A stretch of DNA of 18,814 nt from contig JBHLPW010000050.1 of NCBI GenBank assembly GCA_048939015.1, positions 16,803-35,616 of the forward strand, given 5' to 3'. The position numbers were made by a program, and so were the translations under genes. This DNA comes from Promethearchaeota archaeon. GTDB taxonomy: Archaea > Asgardarchaeota > Lokiarchaeia > Sigyniarchaeales > SOKP01. This document shows positions 7,958 through 17,457 of the stretch, piece by piece. Numbering within the stretch: position 1 is the stretch's first letter; every line of letters starts with the position of its first letter. The notes beneath the pieces were generated by a model. The model saw only the letters and a list, made by a program, of their open reading frames with translations. It ran no database searches and was not told the origin of the DNA.

Positions 7958-8968
7958 ATGATTACCCGTTCAAAGGCACCATTCCGAGTGAGTTTTGGTG
8001 GAGGGGGCACAGATATGGCACCATATTGTATTGAACATGGGGGTTGTGTAATAAGTACTACAATTGATCGTCATGTGTACATTACTTTAAAGCCTAGAGA
8101 TGATAACAGAGTTCATATCTTCTCAAATAATCTCAATAAAGAATTTGAATTTAATATTGGAGACAGTGATTACTCAAGCGAATTTGAATTGTTCAAAGGC
8201 ATTATTAATGTTTTGGAAGTTAAGGAAGGTTTAGACTTAATTATAAATTCAGAACTTCCCGCTGGTTCTGGGATGGGAGGATCTTCATCTTTATCAGTGG
8301 CATTGATAGGGGCGTTAAATAAACATTATAATTTAGGATTATCTAGGCATGAGATCGCACAACATGCTTATGATATTGAACGAATTGAATTAAAACAAAA
8401 AGGAGGATATCAAGATCAATTTGCTGCTGCTTATGGTGGTTTTAATTTTATAAAATTCACTGAAGAGGTAAGTGTAATTCCAATAAATGCAAGTGAAGAG
8501 ATGATTAATGAACTTCAATACAGAATGATTTTATGTTATGTAGGTGGCTCTCATTTTTCTTCTGATATACAAGATGAAGTATTAAAGGGATATAAAGTTG
8601 AAACGAAATCTTATATCGAAGCAATGCAAGATCTCAAGGATGTTGCTCATTCTATGAAAGAAATTGTAGAATCTAATAATCTAAATAAATTAAATGAATT
8701 TGGTGAACTTTTACATAAAGGTTGGTTAGCAAAAAAGAGTTTAAGTAGTAAAATATCAAATAAAAATATAGAAAACTTTTACTTAACTTCAAGAAAATTT
8801 GGCGTACTAGGAGGAAAATTGTTGGGTGCAGGAGGAGGTGGACATTTATTATTATTTTCAGAACCAAATCAAAAATTTAAAGTAATTCAGGAATTGGAAA
8901 AAATTGGTGGTAAAATTGTTAATTTTCACTTTAATCCAAAAGGTCTTGAAGTTTGGAAAATTAATTAA
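7958..8968 (+). CDS. hddA: D-glycero-alpha-D-manno-heptose-7-phosphate kinase (GHMP family)
   Basis: APFRVSFGGGGTD, PAGSGMGGSS ATP loop, GGYQDQFAAAYGGFN, GGKLLGAGGGG; adjacent to gmhA/gmhB. ATG7958 is preferred; GTG7949 is an alternative start. Confidence 0.9.
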   Translation: MITRSKAPFRVSFGGGGTDMAPYCIEHGGCVISTTIDRHVYITLKPRDDNRVHIFSNNLNKEFEFNIGDSDYSSEFELFKGIINVLEVKEGLDLIINSELPAGSGMGGSSSLSVALIGALNKHYNLGLSRHEIAQHAYDIERIELKQKGGYQDQFAAAYGGFNFIKFTEEVSVIPINASEEMINELQYRMILCYVGGSHFSSDIQDEVLKGYKVETKSYIEAMQDLKDVAHSMKEIVESNNLNKLNEFGELLHKGWLAKKSLSSKISNKNIENFYLTSRKFGVLGGKLLGAGGGGHLLLFSEPNQKFKVIQELEKIGGKIVNFHFNPKGLEVWKIN

Positions 8969-8998
8969 ATTTAATGAATTAAAAGAAGCGATTAAAAA

Positions 8999-9565
8999 AT
9001 GAAAGAAGAAATTATTTCAATATTAGATAAAAATATTAATGTCATAACAGAAATTAAAAATTTAACTTCAGTTATTGAAGAAATATCTAAGAAAATTATA
9101 AAAGCTTACAAAAACAAGAAAAAAGTTGTTCTTTTCGGAAATGGGGGCAGTGCAGCAGACGCACAGCATATAGCTGCTGAGTTTGTAGGGAAATTTTATA
9201 AAGATCGTGAATCGCTACCTTCTCTTGCTTTTCACACTAACACATCTGTTCTTACAGCTACAGCTAATGATTATGGATATGATTTAGTATTTGAAAGACA
9301 AGTATCCTCTTTTGTAGAAGAAGGAGATATTGCTATTGGAATTAGTACATCTGGAAATTCTCCTAATGTAATAAAGGGTTTGATAAAAGCTAAAGAAAAA
9401 GGGGCAATAATAATAGGTTTTACTGGTCAAAAGAAAAATAAAGTTGAAGAAATTGTAGATATTTGTTTAAAGATACCATCAACTGATACGCCACGAATTC
9501 AAGAGGGTCATATAACCGTTGGACATATTATATGTTATTTAGTTGAAAAAGAACTTTTTGGGTAA
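8999..9565 (+). CDS. gmhA: Sedoheptulose-7-phosphate isomerase
   Basis: [35 protein letters not shown] motifs of the SIS fold. Confidence 0.96.
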   Translation: MKEEIISILDKNINVITEIKNLTSVIEEISKKIIKAYKNKKKVVLFGNGGSAADAQHIAAEFVGKFYKDRESLPSLAFHTNTSVLTATANDYGYDLVFERQVSSFVEEGDIAIGISTSGNSPNVIKGLIKAKEKGAIIIGFTGQKKNKVEEIVDICLKIPSTDTPRIQEGHITVGHIICYLVEKELFG

Positions 9566-9575
9566 ATTTGAATTC

Positions 9576-10211
9576 ATGAAAAAAGTCGCAGTCTCTATTC
9601 ATGCAATAGACAACTTTTCGGTAGATATTTTAAAGGGTCTAGAAGGTTTTGATTACATCCATGTTGATGTTATGGATGGCAAATTTGTTAATAACAAAAA
9701 TATTAATCTAAATGTTTTTAAGATCTTAAAAGAATCTTATGAAATTCCAATAATCGCTCATTTAATGGTCGTAAATCCTTTTGATTTTATTGAAAATATT
9801 GTTAATTTAATTGATATTTTTTTGTTTCACTTTGAAACTGATAGCGATAAATTGAATATTATAAGAGAAGTGAGGAAAAATAACAAAAAAGTTGGTATTG
9901 CTTTAAATCCAGATACTAATATTTCTGAGATTGTACCATATCTAGAAAAAATTGATATAGTTTTAATAATGAGTGTAATTCCTGGTTGGTCAGGTCAAAA
10001 ATTCATTCCAAGTATTATTGATAAGGTAAATCAGTTAGCGGAGTATAAAAGTAAATTTAATTTTCTTATTGATATTGATGGTGGAATTAATCTTGAAAAC
10101 GCAAAATTATTGGAAAAAACAGATATTTTAAGTAGCTCAAGTACTATTCTAAAAGCTAAAGAACCTAACAAAATTATTAAATTACTTAAAGAGTCTGATG
10201 AAAATAACTAA
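9576..10211 (+). CDS. rpe: Ribulose-phosphate 3-epimerase
   Basis: [42 protein letters not shown]9576 avoids overlap with gmhA. Confidence 0.93.
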   Translation: MKKVAVSIHAIDNFSVDILKGLEGFDYIHVDVMDGKFVNNKNINLNVFKILKESYEIPIIAHLMVVNPFDFIENIVNLIDIFLFHFETDSDKLNIIREVRKNNKKVGIALNPDTNISEIVPYLEKIDIVLIMSVIPGWSGQKFIPSIIDKVNQLAEYKSKFNFLIDIDGGINLENAKLLEKTDILSSSSTILKAKEPNKIIKLLKESDENN

Positions 10212-10746
10212 AAAAAACAAAGCTATTTTCTTAGATAGAGATGGTGTTATAAATAAAGAAGTGAGTTATCTTTCGAATCCAGAACACTTTGAATTTATCG
10301 AAGGTTCAATCGAAGCATTAAAAATACTGAAAAAAAAAGGATTTTTACTTATTATTATTACAAATCAGGCAGGTATCGCAAGAGGCTTTTTCACAATTGA
10401 GATTCTTAATGAAATTCATAATAAAATGATAAATATATTAAAAAAAAATAATGTCATATTAGACGATATTTATTATTGCCCTCATCATCCAGAGTTTACT
10501 GGACCTTGCGAATGTAGAAAACCAAATCCCGGCATGATTCTGAAGGCACAATCAAAATTTAATATAAATTTAAGCAATTCTTATATGGTTGGGGATACAT
10601 TAAACGATATCGAAACAGGAAAAGCAGCAAAATGTAAAACAATTTTAGTATTAACTGGATATGGAAAAGAAGAACAAAAAAAAATACATTCTATGATACC
10701 CGACATGATATTTAAAAATTTGAAAGAATTTGCTATAAATATATAA
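10198..10746 (+). CDS. gmhB: D-glycero-D-manno-heptose-1,7-bisphosphate 7-phosphatase (HAD)
   Basis: [20 protein letters not shown]...CECRKP Zn motif, GD...D; 14-bp overlap with rpe. Confidence 0.93.
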   Translation: MKITKKNKAIFLDRDGVINKEVSYLSNPEHFEFIEGSIEALKILKKKGFLLIIITNQAGIARGFFTIEILNEIHNKMINILKKNNVILDDIYYCPHHPEFTGPCECRKPNPGMILKAQSKFNINLSNSYMVGDTLNDIETGKAAKCKTILVLTGYGKEEQKKIHSMIPDMIFKNLKEFAINI

Positions 10747-10790
10747 AACCAATTATTATTATATTCACTAAAATAATATCGTGAAATGAA

Positions 10791-11447
10791 ATGAAATTTT
10801 TTATAGATACTGCTAATATAGACCAAATAAAAGAAATGCAAGAATTAGGGATTATTGATGGAGTTACGACAAATCCAACACTTTTAGCAAAGGAAGGTGC
10901 TGACCCTACAGAGCAGTTAAGAAAAATATGCGAAATTGTTGACGGTCCTGTGAGTGGAGAAGTTATAGGTTTAAAAACTGAAGAAATGGTTAATGAAGCT
11001 CGGGAATTAGCAAAAATTGCTCCCAATATAGTGATTAAAATTCCATTCACTAAGGATGGGATTAAAGCGGTAAATATTCTTGAACCTGAAGGAATTAAAA
11101 CTAACGTAACTCTGGTTTTTTCACAAAATCAAGTTTTAATAGCTGCAAAAGCCGGTGCTTCGTATATAAGTCCTTTTATAGGAAGATTAATGGATAATGG
11201 TCAGAATGAAATTAATTTTCTCTGGGAATGCATGGATATCCTAAATTCATATGATTTTAAATCTGAACTAATCGTTGCTTCTGTAAGAAATACTCGTCAT
11301 GTTATTGAATCTGCTAAAATAGGAGCTCATATAGCTACAATTCCTTTTGCTGTTCTCGATAAAATGTTCAAACATCCAAACACTGATAAAGGATTAGAAG
11401 ATTTTCTTAGAGATTGGGAAAAATTACAAAGTGAACTAAAAAAATAA
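10791..11447 (+). CDS. tal: Transaldolase (small TalC/Fsa family)
   Basis: FFIDTAN, GVTTNPT, VIKIP Schiff-base Lys, NVTLVFS, ASVR. Glu in SGEV and Phe in SPFIGR are the transaldolase-type (not FSA-type) residues. Confidence 0.93.
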   Translation: MKFFIDTANIDQIKEMQELGIIDGVTTNPTLLAKEGADPTEQLRKICEIVDGPVSGEVIGLKTEEMVNEARELAKIAPNIVIKIPFTKDGIKAVNILEPEGIKTNVTLVFSQNQVLIAAKAGASYISPFIGRLMDNGQNEINFLWECMDILNSYDFKSELIVASVRNTRHVIESAKIGAHIATIPFAVLDKMFKHPNTDKGLEDFLRDWEKLQSELKK

Positions 11448-11456
11448 ATCTGTCTA

Positions 11457-12455
11457 ATGGCTCTTGTAGATGAAATTTCTAAATGGAAGGGTAAAAAAGT
11501 ATTAGTTATTGGAGATGCTTTGATAGATAAGTATATTTTTGGATATACTGATAGAATTTCTCCAGATGCTCCAGTCCCAAATGTAAAAATAGAAAATACT
11601 GGTGTCTATATTGGAGCAACAGGTTTAGTAATACAATTTATTAAATCTTTAGGGGGAATTCCCATAACTTGTACTATTGTTGGTAATGATTTTGAGGGAG
11701 AATTCTTTCTAAAAAAGATTAAAGAGTTAAAGATAGAATCCTCCGGTATCCTTGTTAATGAAAATTTAAGAACTCCCCAAATAACTAGGATAAAAGCAAT
11801 GGATCAACATCTTTTGCGCTTAGAAACTGACTATAGTAATGGTATATCTGAATCAATAATGGAACAATTCCTAGATCTCATAGCTAATCAAGCTAAAAAT
11901 ATCGATGCAATTATAATATTAGACTATGGTTTGGATGGTATTTTTAGAGATATATATATTCAAAAATTAATAAATCTCTTAAAAAAACACTATGAAAAGA
12001 TCCCAATAATTGCCCGACCTGCGAAATCAAATTATTATCTATACGAAGATATAGATTTAATCAAATTTAATCTTCAAAAGGCGTTAGATACGTTTTCAAT
12101 TGACTGTTGTAATGAAACCAGTGTATCTATTACTGGAAAAAGAATATTGAATTCCTCAAAAAGTAAAAATGTCTTATTGAACTATTTAGAACTAGATTCT
12201 TATCTTTTTTCCAAAGAAAATGAAATTGTAGATAAAATTAGTCCAATTTTAAACGAAAGAGTTAGAAGTTATGTAGCTGTTGGTAGTGTAATAATGGCAG
12301 TATTAGGGTTATCATATGCGTCAGGCATATCAGTTTTGAATAGTGCAAAATTAGCACTTTTTGCTGCTGCTCTGACAGCAATTCTCCCTCCTGTTGAATT
12401 CTATAATACTGAGAAGCTTTCAAATTATATATTATCTAAATCAAATAAAACTTAA
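11457..12455 (+). CDS. HldE/RfaE kinase-domain (PfkB) homolog with degenerate catalytic motifs
   Basis: VLVIGDALIDKY..G...RISPDAPVP is the HldE N-terminal signature, and QHLLRLE is retained. The C-terminal DVTGAGD motif is replaced by SYVAVGS. Confidence 0.8.
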   Translation: MALVDEISKWKGKKVLVIGDALIDKYIFGYTDRISPDAPVPNVKIENTGVYIGATGLVIQFIKSLGGIPITCTIVGNDFEGEFFLKKIKELKIESSGILVNENLRTPQITRIKAMDQHLLRLETDYSNGISESIMEQFLDLIANQAKNIDAIIILDYGLDGIFRDIYIQKLINLLKKHYEKIPIIARPAKSNYYLYEDIDLIKFNLQKALDTFSIDCCNETSVSITGKRILNSSKSKNVLLNYLELDSYLFSKENEIVDKISPILNERVRSYVAVGSVIMAVLGLSYASGISVLNSAKLALFAAALTAILPPVEFYNTEKLSNYILSKSNKT

Positions 12456-12477
12456 TTTACAACATTTAAGTATTAGA

Positions 12478-13332
12478 ATGGAACTATCTAAAGTGGACGA
12501 ACAAAAAATCCTAATTGATATTGTAGATATAAAAGAAAATATTCTAAGGATGATATATGAAGCTCAATCAGGTCACCCTGGAGGGTCATTATCATGCGCT
12601 AACATTATTTATCTACTCTATAACAATATCATGAAAATAGATCCTCATAATCCTTTATGGGAAGAAAGAGACATATTTATTTTGAGTAAAGGACATGCCG
12701 CGCCTGCATTATATGCTGTTTTATATAAATTTGGTTTAATAAAAAATGAGGATTTATTCACTTTAAGACAAAAAGGGTCTAAACTACAAGGACATCCTGT
12801 TAAAAATCCAGAACTTGGTATAGAAATATCAACTGGTTCTTTAGGAATGGGATTATCCGTCGGTGTTGGGTGTGCATTAGCAGCTAAATTAGACAATATA
12901 GATAAATTCGTTTATGTATTATTAGGAGATGGAGAATTAAATGAAGGGGCTATCTGGGAGGCAGCAATGTCTGCCAATCATTATAAACTAGATAATTTAA
13001 TAGCTATTGTGGACCGTAATGGTATACAAATAGATGGATCAACAGAAGAAATAATGGCTTTAGAACCTTTAGCAGAAAAATGGAAATCATTTGGTTGGGA
13101 TGTAATTGAGGTAGATGGCTCAAATTTAATTGAAACGTTAAGGGGATTTGAAAGATCCAAAAGTGCAATTGGTAGACCTAAAGTAATTATCTCTTATCTG
13201 ATTAAAGGCTCAGATGTTTCTTTTATGCAGCATACTAAAAAATTCCACGGTCGAGCACCAAATAATGAAGAATATAAAATAGCCCTTGAAGAATTGGAAA
13301 ATATAAAGACAACTATATTAAAAGGTGAGTAA
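12478..13332 (+). CDS. Transketolase, N-terminal (TPP-binding) subunit
   Basis: SGHPGGSLS, LSKGHAAPALY, LQGHP, STGSLG.GL, GDGELNEG...N TPP motif. ATG12478 follows the upstream stop. Confidence 0.95.
   Translation: MELSKVDEQKILIDIVDIKENILRMIYEAQSGHPGGSLSCANIIYLLYNNIMKIDPHNPLWEERDIFILSKGHAAPALYAVLYKFGLIKNEDLFTLRQKGSKLQGHPVKNPELGIEISTGSLGMGLSVGVGCALAAKLDNIDKFVYVLLGDGELNEGAIWEAAMSANHYKLDNLIAIVDRNGIQIDGSTEEIMALEPLAEKWKSFGWDVIEVDGSNLIETLRGFERSKSAIGRPKVIISYLIKGSDVSFMQHTKKFHGRAPNNEEYKIALEELENIKTTILKGE
13324..13328 (+). promoter_or_regulatory. Shine-Dalgarno-like GGTGA for the transketolase C subunit
   Basis: GGTGA lies 8 nt upstream of ATT13337, the first codon after the in-frame TAA at 13334-13336. 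Confidence 0.55.
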
Positions 13333-13336
13333 TTAA

Positions 13337-14260
13337 ATTACAGTTGTAGCACTTAGAGATACATTTGGAGACTTTCTAGTTAAAATTGGTAATAAAAATA
13401 CTAAAATCGTTGTATTAGATGCTGATTTATCAACATCTACAAGAACATATAAATTTTCAAAAGTTTTCCCTAGCAGATTTTTCAATATTGGAATTGCTGA
13501 ACAAAATATGTTAGGAGTTGCTTTAGGGTTTGCAATATCTGGAAAAATACCTGTTGTAAGTGGATTTTCAATATTTACCACAGGAAGAGCATGGGAATTT
13601 ATTAGATTGGCTGCTCATGATAATTTAAATTTTAAGATTATTACTACACATGGAGGAATCGTAGGAGAGGATGGTAGTACTCATAATGCTTTAGAAGATC
13701 TTAGTTTGATGGCAAGTCTCCCAAATATGAATGTTTTAGTTCCGTCAGATAATATTGAATTAATTGGAATATTAGAACATACTTTCAAATCCAAGGGCCC
13801 TTACTATGTGAGATTACCTCGAGGGTCTTTCCCTAAAATACATAATGATAATTACAAATTTTACTTAGGCAAACCTGACGTTTTAAAAGAAGGAAAAGAT
13901 ATCTGTTTAATTGGAACAGGATATGGAAGCACATTAGCATTAAATTCCATGAAAATTTTAGAAGAAGAATTGAATATCTCAATTAAGGTAATTAACCTTC
14001 CAACTATTAAACCAATAGATGAAAAATTATTATTAAATGAGATTAAATCAATTAAAGGAATTGTTGTGGTAGAAGAACATAATATTTATTGTGGTTTTGG
14101 AAGTATAATTGCCAGAATAGTTTCTGAAAATAATCCAAAACTAATCAAGATAGTCGGTATTAAAAACTCTTTCGGTGAATCTGGAAAAAGGCAAGATATA
14201 TTAAATTCATATAATTTAAATGAAAAAGCAATTATAGAACAAGTAAAAAAAATAATTTAA
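13337..14260 (+). CDS. Transketolase, C-terminal subunit (probable non-canonical ATT start)
   Basis: Conserved N-terminal motifs LRDTFG, VVLDADLSTST and RFFNIGIAEQNM lie in the 57 codons upstream of ATG13508. Then GEDGSTH, GPYYVRL, TIKPID, EEHNI..GFG. Confidence 0.9.
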   Translation: MTVVALRDTFGDFLVKIGNKNTKIVVLDADLSTSTRTYKFSKVFPSRFFNIGIAEQNMLGVALGFAISGKIPVVSGFSIFTTGRAWEFIRLAAHDNLNFKIITTHGGIVGEDGSTHNALEDLSLMASLPNMNVLVPSDNIELIGILEHTFKSKGPYYVRLPRGSFPKIHNDNYKFYLGKPDVLKEGKDICLIGTGYGSTLALNSMKILEEELNISIKVINLPTIKPIDEKLLLNEIKSIKGIVVVEEHNIYCGFGSIIARIVSENNPKLIKIVGIKNSFGESGKRQDILNSYNLNEKAIIEQVKKII

Positions 14261-14288
14261 AATTTAGGTCAAAATTTCATTTTGTTCC

Positions 14289-14822
14289 CTAATGTGGTAA
14301 AAAGCCCATATCATTTAACGTACTCAATACAATATTTTTACTTTCTTCAACAGTTTGTTTATCTGTTTCGACTATTATATCGGCATTATCAGGTTCCTCA
14401 AAAGGATGATCTATTCCAGTAAAATCTTTTATTTCTCCTGTTCTGGCTTTTGCGTACATTCCTTTTACATCTCGATTTTCACATTCTTCAAGAGAACATT
14501 TAACGTAAACCAATATGTAATCTCCAATTTCTTTTCGAGAATAAGCTCTAATTTTATTATATGGGGATACAAAAGAAGCCAATACTGCAACTCCATTACG
14601 AGTTAGAAGTTTTGCGACAAAAGTTACCCTTTCAATGTTCATATTTCTATCTTCTTCCGAAAAGCCTAAATCTCTCGTTAGACTTTTGCGTACTATATCT
14701 CCATCCAGTCTTTCTACTTTCATTCCTTTTGCTTTCAAATCTTCTGCTACAGCATTTGCGAGTACACTTTTTCCTGAACAAGGAAGTCCAGTAAACCACA
14801 ATGTAAAGCCTTTATGTTCCAT
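14289..14822 (-). CDS. cysC: Adenylyl-sulfate (APS) kinase
   Basis: WFTGLPCSGKS P-loop, LDGD.VR..L..DLGFS..DR..NI.R, RDVKG.Y, FTGIDHPFE.P. Confidence 0.96.
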   Translation of the reverse strand: MEHKGFTLWFTGLPCSGKSVLANAVAEDLKAKGMKVERLDGDIVRKSLTRDLGFSEEDRNMNIERVTFVAKLLTRNGVAVLASFVSPYNKIRAYSRKEIGDYILVYVKCSLEECENRDVKGMYAKARTGEIKDFTGIDHPFEEPDNADIIVETDKQTVEESKNIVLSTLNDMGFLPH

Positions 14823-14839
14823 TTTCTTTCCTTATTTTT

Positions 14840-16228
14840 TTAATATTCTATAACATTTCCTTCCATATCTTTTGGAATTTCAATTCCCAATATTTTTAAT
14901 GATGTTGGTGCAATATCAATTATGCTTTTAGTTCCTAAATTCTTACCTAATTTTTTCTTTGGGTCAAGTAAAAGGTAAATACCGAACCAATCATGAACGG
15001 CATCATCAGGTCCAGTGTCATTTTCATCTAAATACATTGAATCATATCCTACTGTTCCTGCAGATCTCCAATTTAGGTCATCAAAATAAACCATTAAATC
15101 TGGTGGATCTCCATTAATCACATCATATATTTCTTCAGGTTTATAGATGATTGTATTCATTGGATTACCATTTTTGTCTTTTATAGTTTTCAATTTTTTT
15201 ATAACTTCATCTCGCACTTTAGCATAATCATTCTTTTTTATAATTCCATTAGGTTCACGCCCTTCAACATTTAAAAAAATCCTTGCATAATAACCTCCCC
15301 AGCCCCATGCATAAGTCTTATCCCAATCAATCTCAGCATTCGCTAATCTTGTACCTGGTCTTGGTTTAGTTTTAAATTTTAATAATCCTAATTCTTCAAG
15401 AGCCATATTAACACAAACTAAACCTTTCATTGCCTTAGCACCATGATCAGATACAATCATAGTAAAAGTATTTTCATCAATTAAATCTAAAATTTCTCCT
15501 ACTTCTTGATCTAAATAGTGATAAAATTTCTTCATTTCATCTTCAAACTTATTTCTAGGTTCATACTTCTGGTGGTTTTTATCATAATATTTCCAAAATG
15601 CATGATGAAATCTGTCTAAACCGATAATTACGAATTTAAAATAATCCCATTCTTTATTTTGCATTAAATATTTAACTGTTTTAAATTGAACCTTAGTCAT
15701 CTCATATATTTCTTTTAACAAATCAGATTTTTCTTCTACTCTGAAGTTAGCATCTAAAATGTAATTTCCAACATTTTCTTTTATTTCTTCCTTTAACTCT
15801 GGAGGGTACGTATAATTTGAGGTTATATCCGGCGTAATGAAACCTGATACAAGCCATCCGTTCATAGGTTGTACTGGATATGTTGGAGGTATACCTAAAA
15901 TGCAAGATTTTAAGCCTTTTTCTGCTATTATATCCCATACTTTAGGTTCTTTGATATTATAAGAAGTAGCGATCCAATAATCATCATATAAATTACCTTT
16001 TCTATGCCTAAAACCATATAAACCTAATTTTCCAGCTTTTTTACCAGTGGACATAACCATCCACGCGGGAATGGTAATAGGTGGATTACATGTTCTTAAT
16101 TTCCCATAAACACCCCTTTCTACCATTTTTTTTATATTAGGACAATCATCTAAAAAATCTTCAAATAAAGTTTTAGGTGTAGCACAATCTAAGCCAATAA
16201 TAACTAGCTTCTTTTTACTTGGTTTCAT
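14840..16228 (-). CDS. Alkaline phosphatase superfamily protein (type I phosphodiesterase/nucleotide pyrophosphatase-like)
   Basis: IGLDCA (metal Asp), PPITIPAW...TG (Thr52 nucleophile position), DRFHH, VSDHG, DAVH, DIAPT.L..LG; no signal peptide apparent. Confidence 0.9.
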   Translation of the reverse strand: MKPSKKKLVIIGLDCATPKTLFEDFLDDCPNIKKMVERGVYGKLRTCNPPITIPAWMVMSTGKKAGKLGLYGFRHRKGNLYDDYWIATSYNIKEPKVWDIIAEKGLKSCILGIPPTYPVQPMNGWLVSGFITPDITSNYTYPPELKEEIKENVGNYILDANFRVEEKSDLLKEIYEMTKVQFKTVKYLMQNKEWDYFKFVIIGLDRFHHAFWKYYDKNHQKYEPRNKFEDEMKKFYHYLDQEVGEILDLIDENTFTMIVSDHGAKAMKGLVCVNMALEELGLLKFKTKPRPGTRLANAEIDWDKTYAWGWGGYYARIFLNVEGREPNGIIKKNDYAKVRDEVIKKLKTIKDKNGNPMNTIIYKPEEIYDVINGDPPDLMVYFDDLNWRSAGTVGYDSMYLDENDTGPDDAVHDWFGIYLLLDPKKKLGKNLGTKSIIDIAPTSLKILGIEIPKDMEGNVIEY

Positions 16229-16260
16229 TTCTCACATTTAATTACATTTAGTTTAATGAC

Positions 16261-17409
16261 TTAAGTAACAAAAGGATTTTCATATTGTAATATAACTTTT
16301 GCAACTTCAGGACGCATAACTTCTGGATCTGGAGGCTTACCTGATTGTAATGCTTTCCTTATTTCTGTTCCGGCAAAGAAATTATGCATATTTGGAGGAT
16401 GTGGACAAATTTTATCATTTACAACAGCATTACACTTGCTACATTTTGAGAATGAACGAAATTTTATTGGTTCAATACCCAAATCCGGAAACTTATCAAA
16501 AATATCATGTGCTTCATAAGGGCCATAATAATTACCCACACCAGCGTGATCTCTACCAATTATGATATGATCACATCCAAAATTCTTTCTAGTTATCGCA
16601 TGAAATATAGCTTCTTTTGGTCCCGCATATCTCATTTCTGTCTCAAATGTACTTAATACAACTCTGTTTTTAGGATAGTATTCTTTTATTAGAGCCTTAT
16701 AGGCCTCAATGATTACAATATCTAAAAAATCCCCTACTTTTTTCTTACCAATTACTGGATTTATGAAAAGACCATCGACATATGTTAATCCTGCTTTTTG
16801 AACATATTCATGACCTAAGTGAGGAGGATTTCTCGTTTGAAAAGCCACAACTCTATCCCAACCTTTTTCCTTAAATAAAACTCTTGTTTCAACAGCTTTT
16901 AAATCTAAATCTGGAAATATAGCTTTAGGTTCGTTAATTAAAAAGATTTCTCCTCCTATGAGTTTTTCTTTATAGTTAAAAATTCGCTTTACTCCAGGAT
17001 GGTTTTTATCTAATGTGCCATATGTTTTTTCAGCATATTGATTTTTATTATAATTATATATTGTTTCTATGTTCATTAGGGCAATGGGAGTTCCAATGTT
17101 ATCAGTTAAAATTACTTTATCCCCTGATTTTATATCCTTACTTTCACTTTCTGAAACATCCAATGTAATTGGAAATGGCCACGCAATATTATTCTCTAAG
17201 TACATGGTATCTAATACATGATAATAATCATTTTCATTCATGAATCCCTCTAAGGGGCTAAAAACCCCAAATGCTATATTCTTAATGACTTTAAGTGTTT
17301 CTGGTCTAACGCTTATTAGCTTATATTCATTGATTTCTGCTTCTAACCTTTCTTTTTCAAATCTTGGTAATTCCTTATTTATTAGAATACCGCCATGCGG
17401 CTTAATCAT
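16261..17409 (-). CDS. sat: Sulfate adenylyltransferase (ATP sulfurylase)
   Basis: PHGG.L, FSPLEGFM, AFQTRNPPHLGHE, MRYAGPKEA.FHA..RKNFGC.H.IIGRDHAGVG, MRPEV. Confidence 0.97.
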   Translation of the reverse strand: MIKPHGGILINKELPRFEKERLEAEINEYKLISVRPETLKVIKNIAFGVFSPLEGFMNENDYYHVLDTMYLENNIAWPFPITLDVSESESKDIKSGDKVILTDNIGTPIALMNIETIYNYNKNQYAEKTYGTLDKNHPGVKRIFNYKEKLIGGEIFLINEPKAIFPDLDLKAVETRVLFKEKGWDRVVAFQTRNPPHLGHEYVQKAGLTYVDGLFINPVIGKKKVGDFLDIVIIEAYKALIKEYYPKNRVVLSTFETEMRYAGPKEAIFHAITRKNFGCDHIIIGRDHAGVGNYYGPYEAHDIFDKFPDLGIEPIKFRSFSKCSKCNAVVNDKICPHPPNMHNFFAGTEIRKALQSGKPPDPEVMRPEVAKVILQYENPFVT

Positions 17410-17421
17410 CTAATCCTAAAA

Positions 17422-17427
17422 CCTCCT
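17422..17427 (-). promoter_or_regulatory. Shine-Dalgarno AGGAGG upstream of sat
   Basis: Minus strand reads aaAGGAGGttttaggattagATG. Confidence 0.55.
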
Positions 17428-17457
17428 TTGATGTTTACACTTAATACAATCCAATAT

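Noticed and set aside
9543-9575. TTG start for rpe (and similarly TTG12394 for tktN)
   Set aside because: These extensions overlap upstream genes and lack family similarity; downstream ATGs at 9576 and 12478 fit better.
10782-10796. TGAAA x3 micro-repeat at the tal start
   Set aside because: Too short and AT-rich to be significant.
8673-13581. Antisense ORFs 8673-8867, 10581-10841, 10733-11050, 12645-12896 and 13333-13581
   Set aside because: Overlap well-supported enzymes on the + strand; no motifs.
16261-17409. sat as evidence for dissimilatory sulfate reduction
   Set aside because: No aprAB, qmo or dsr genes here; linkage to cysC indicates PAPS synthesis.
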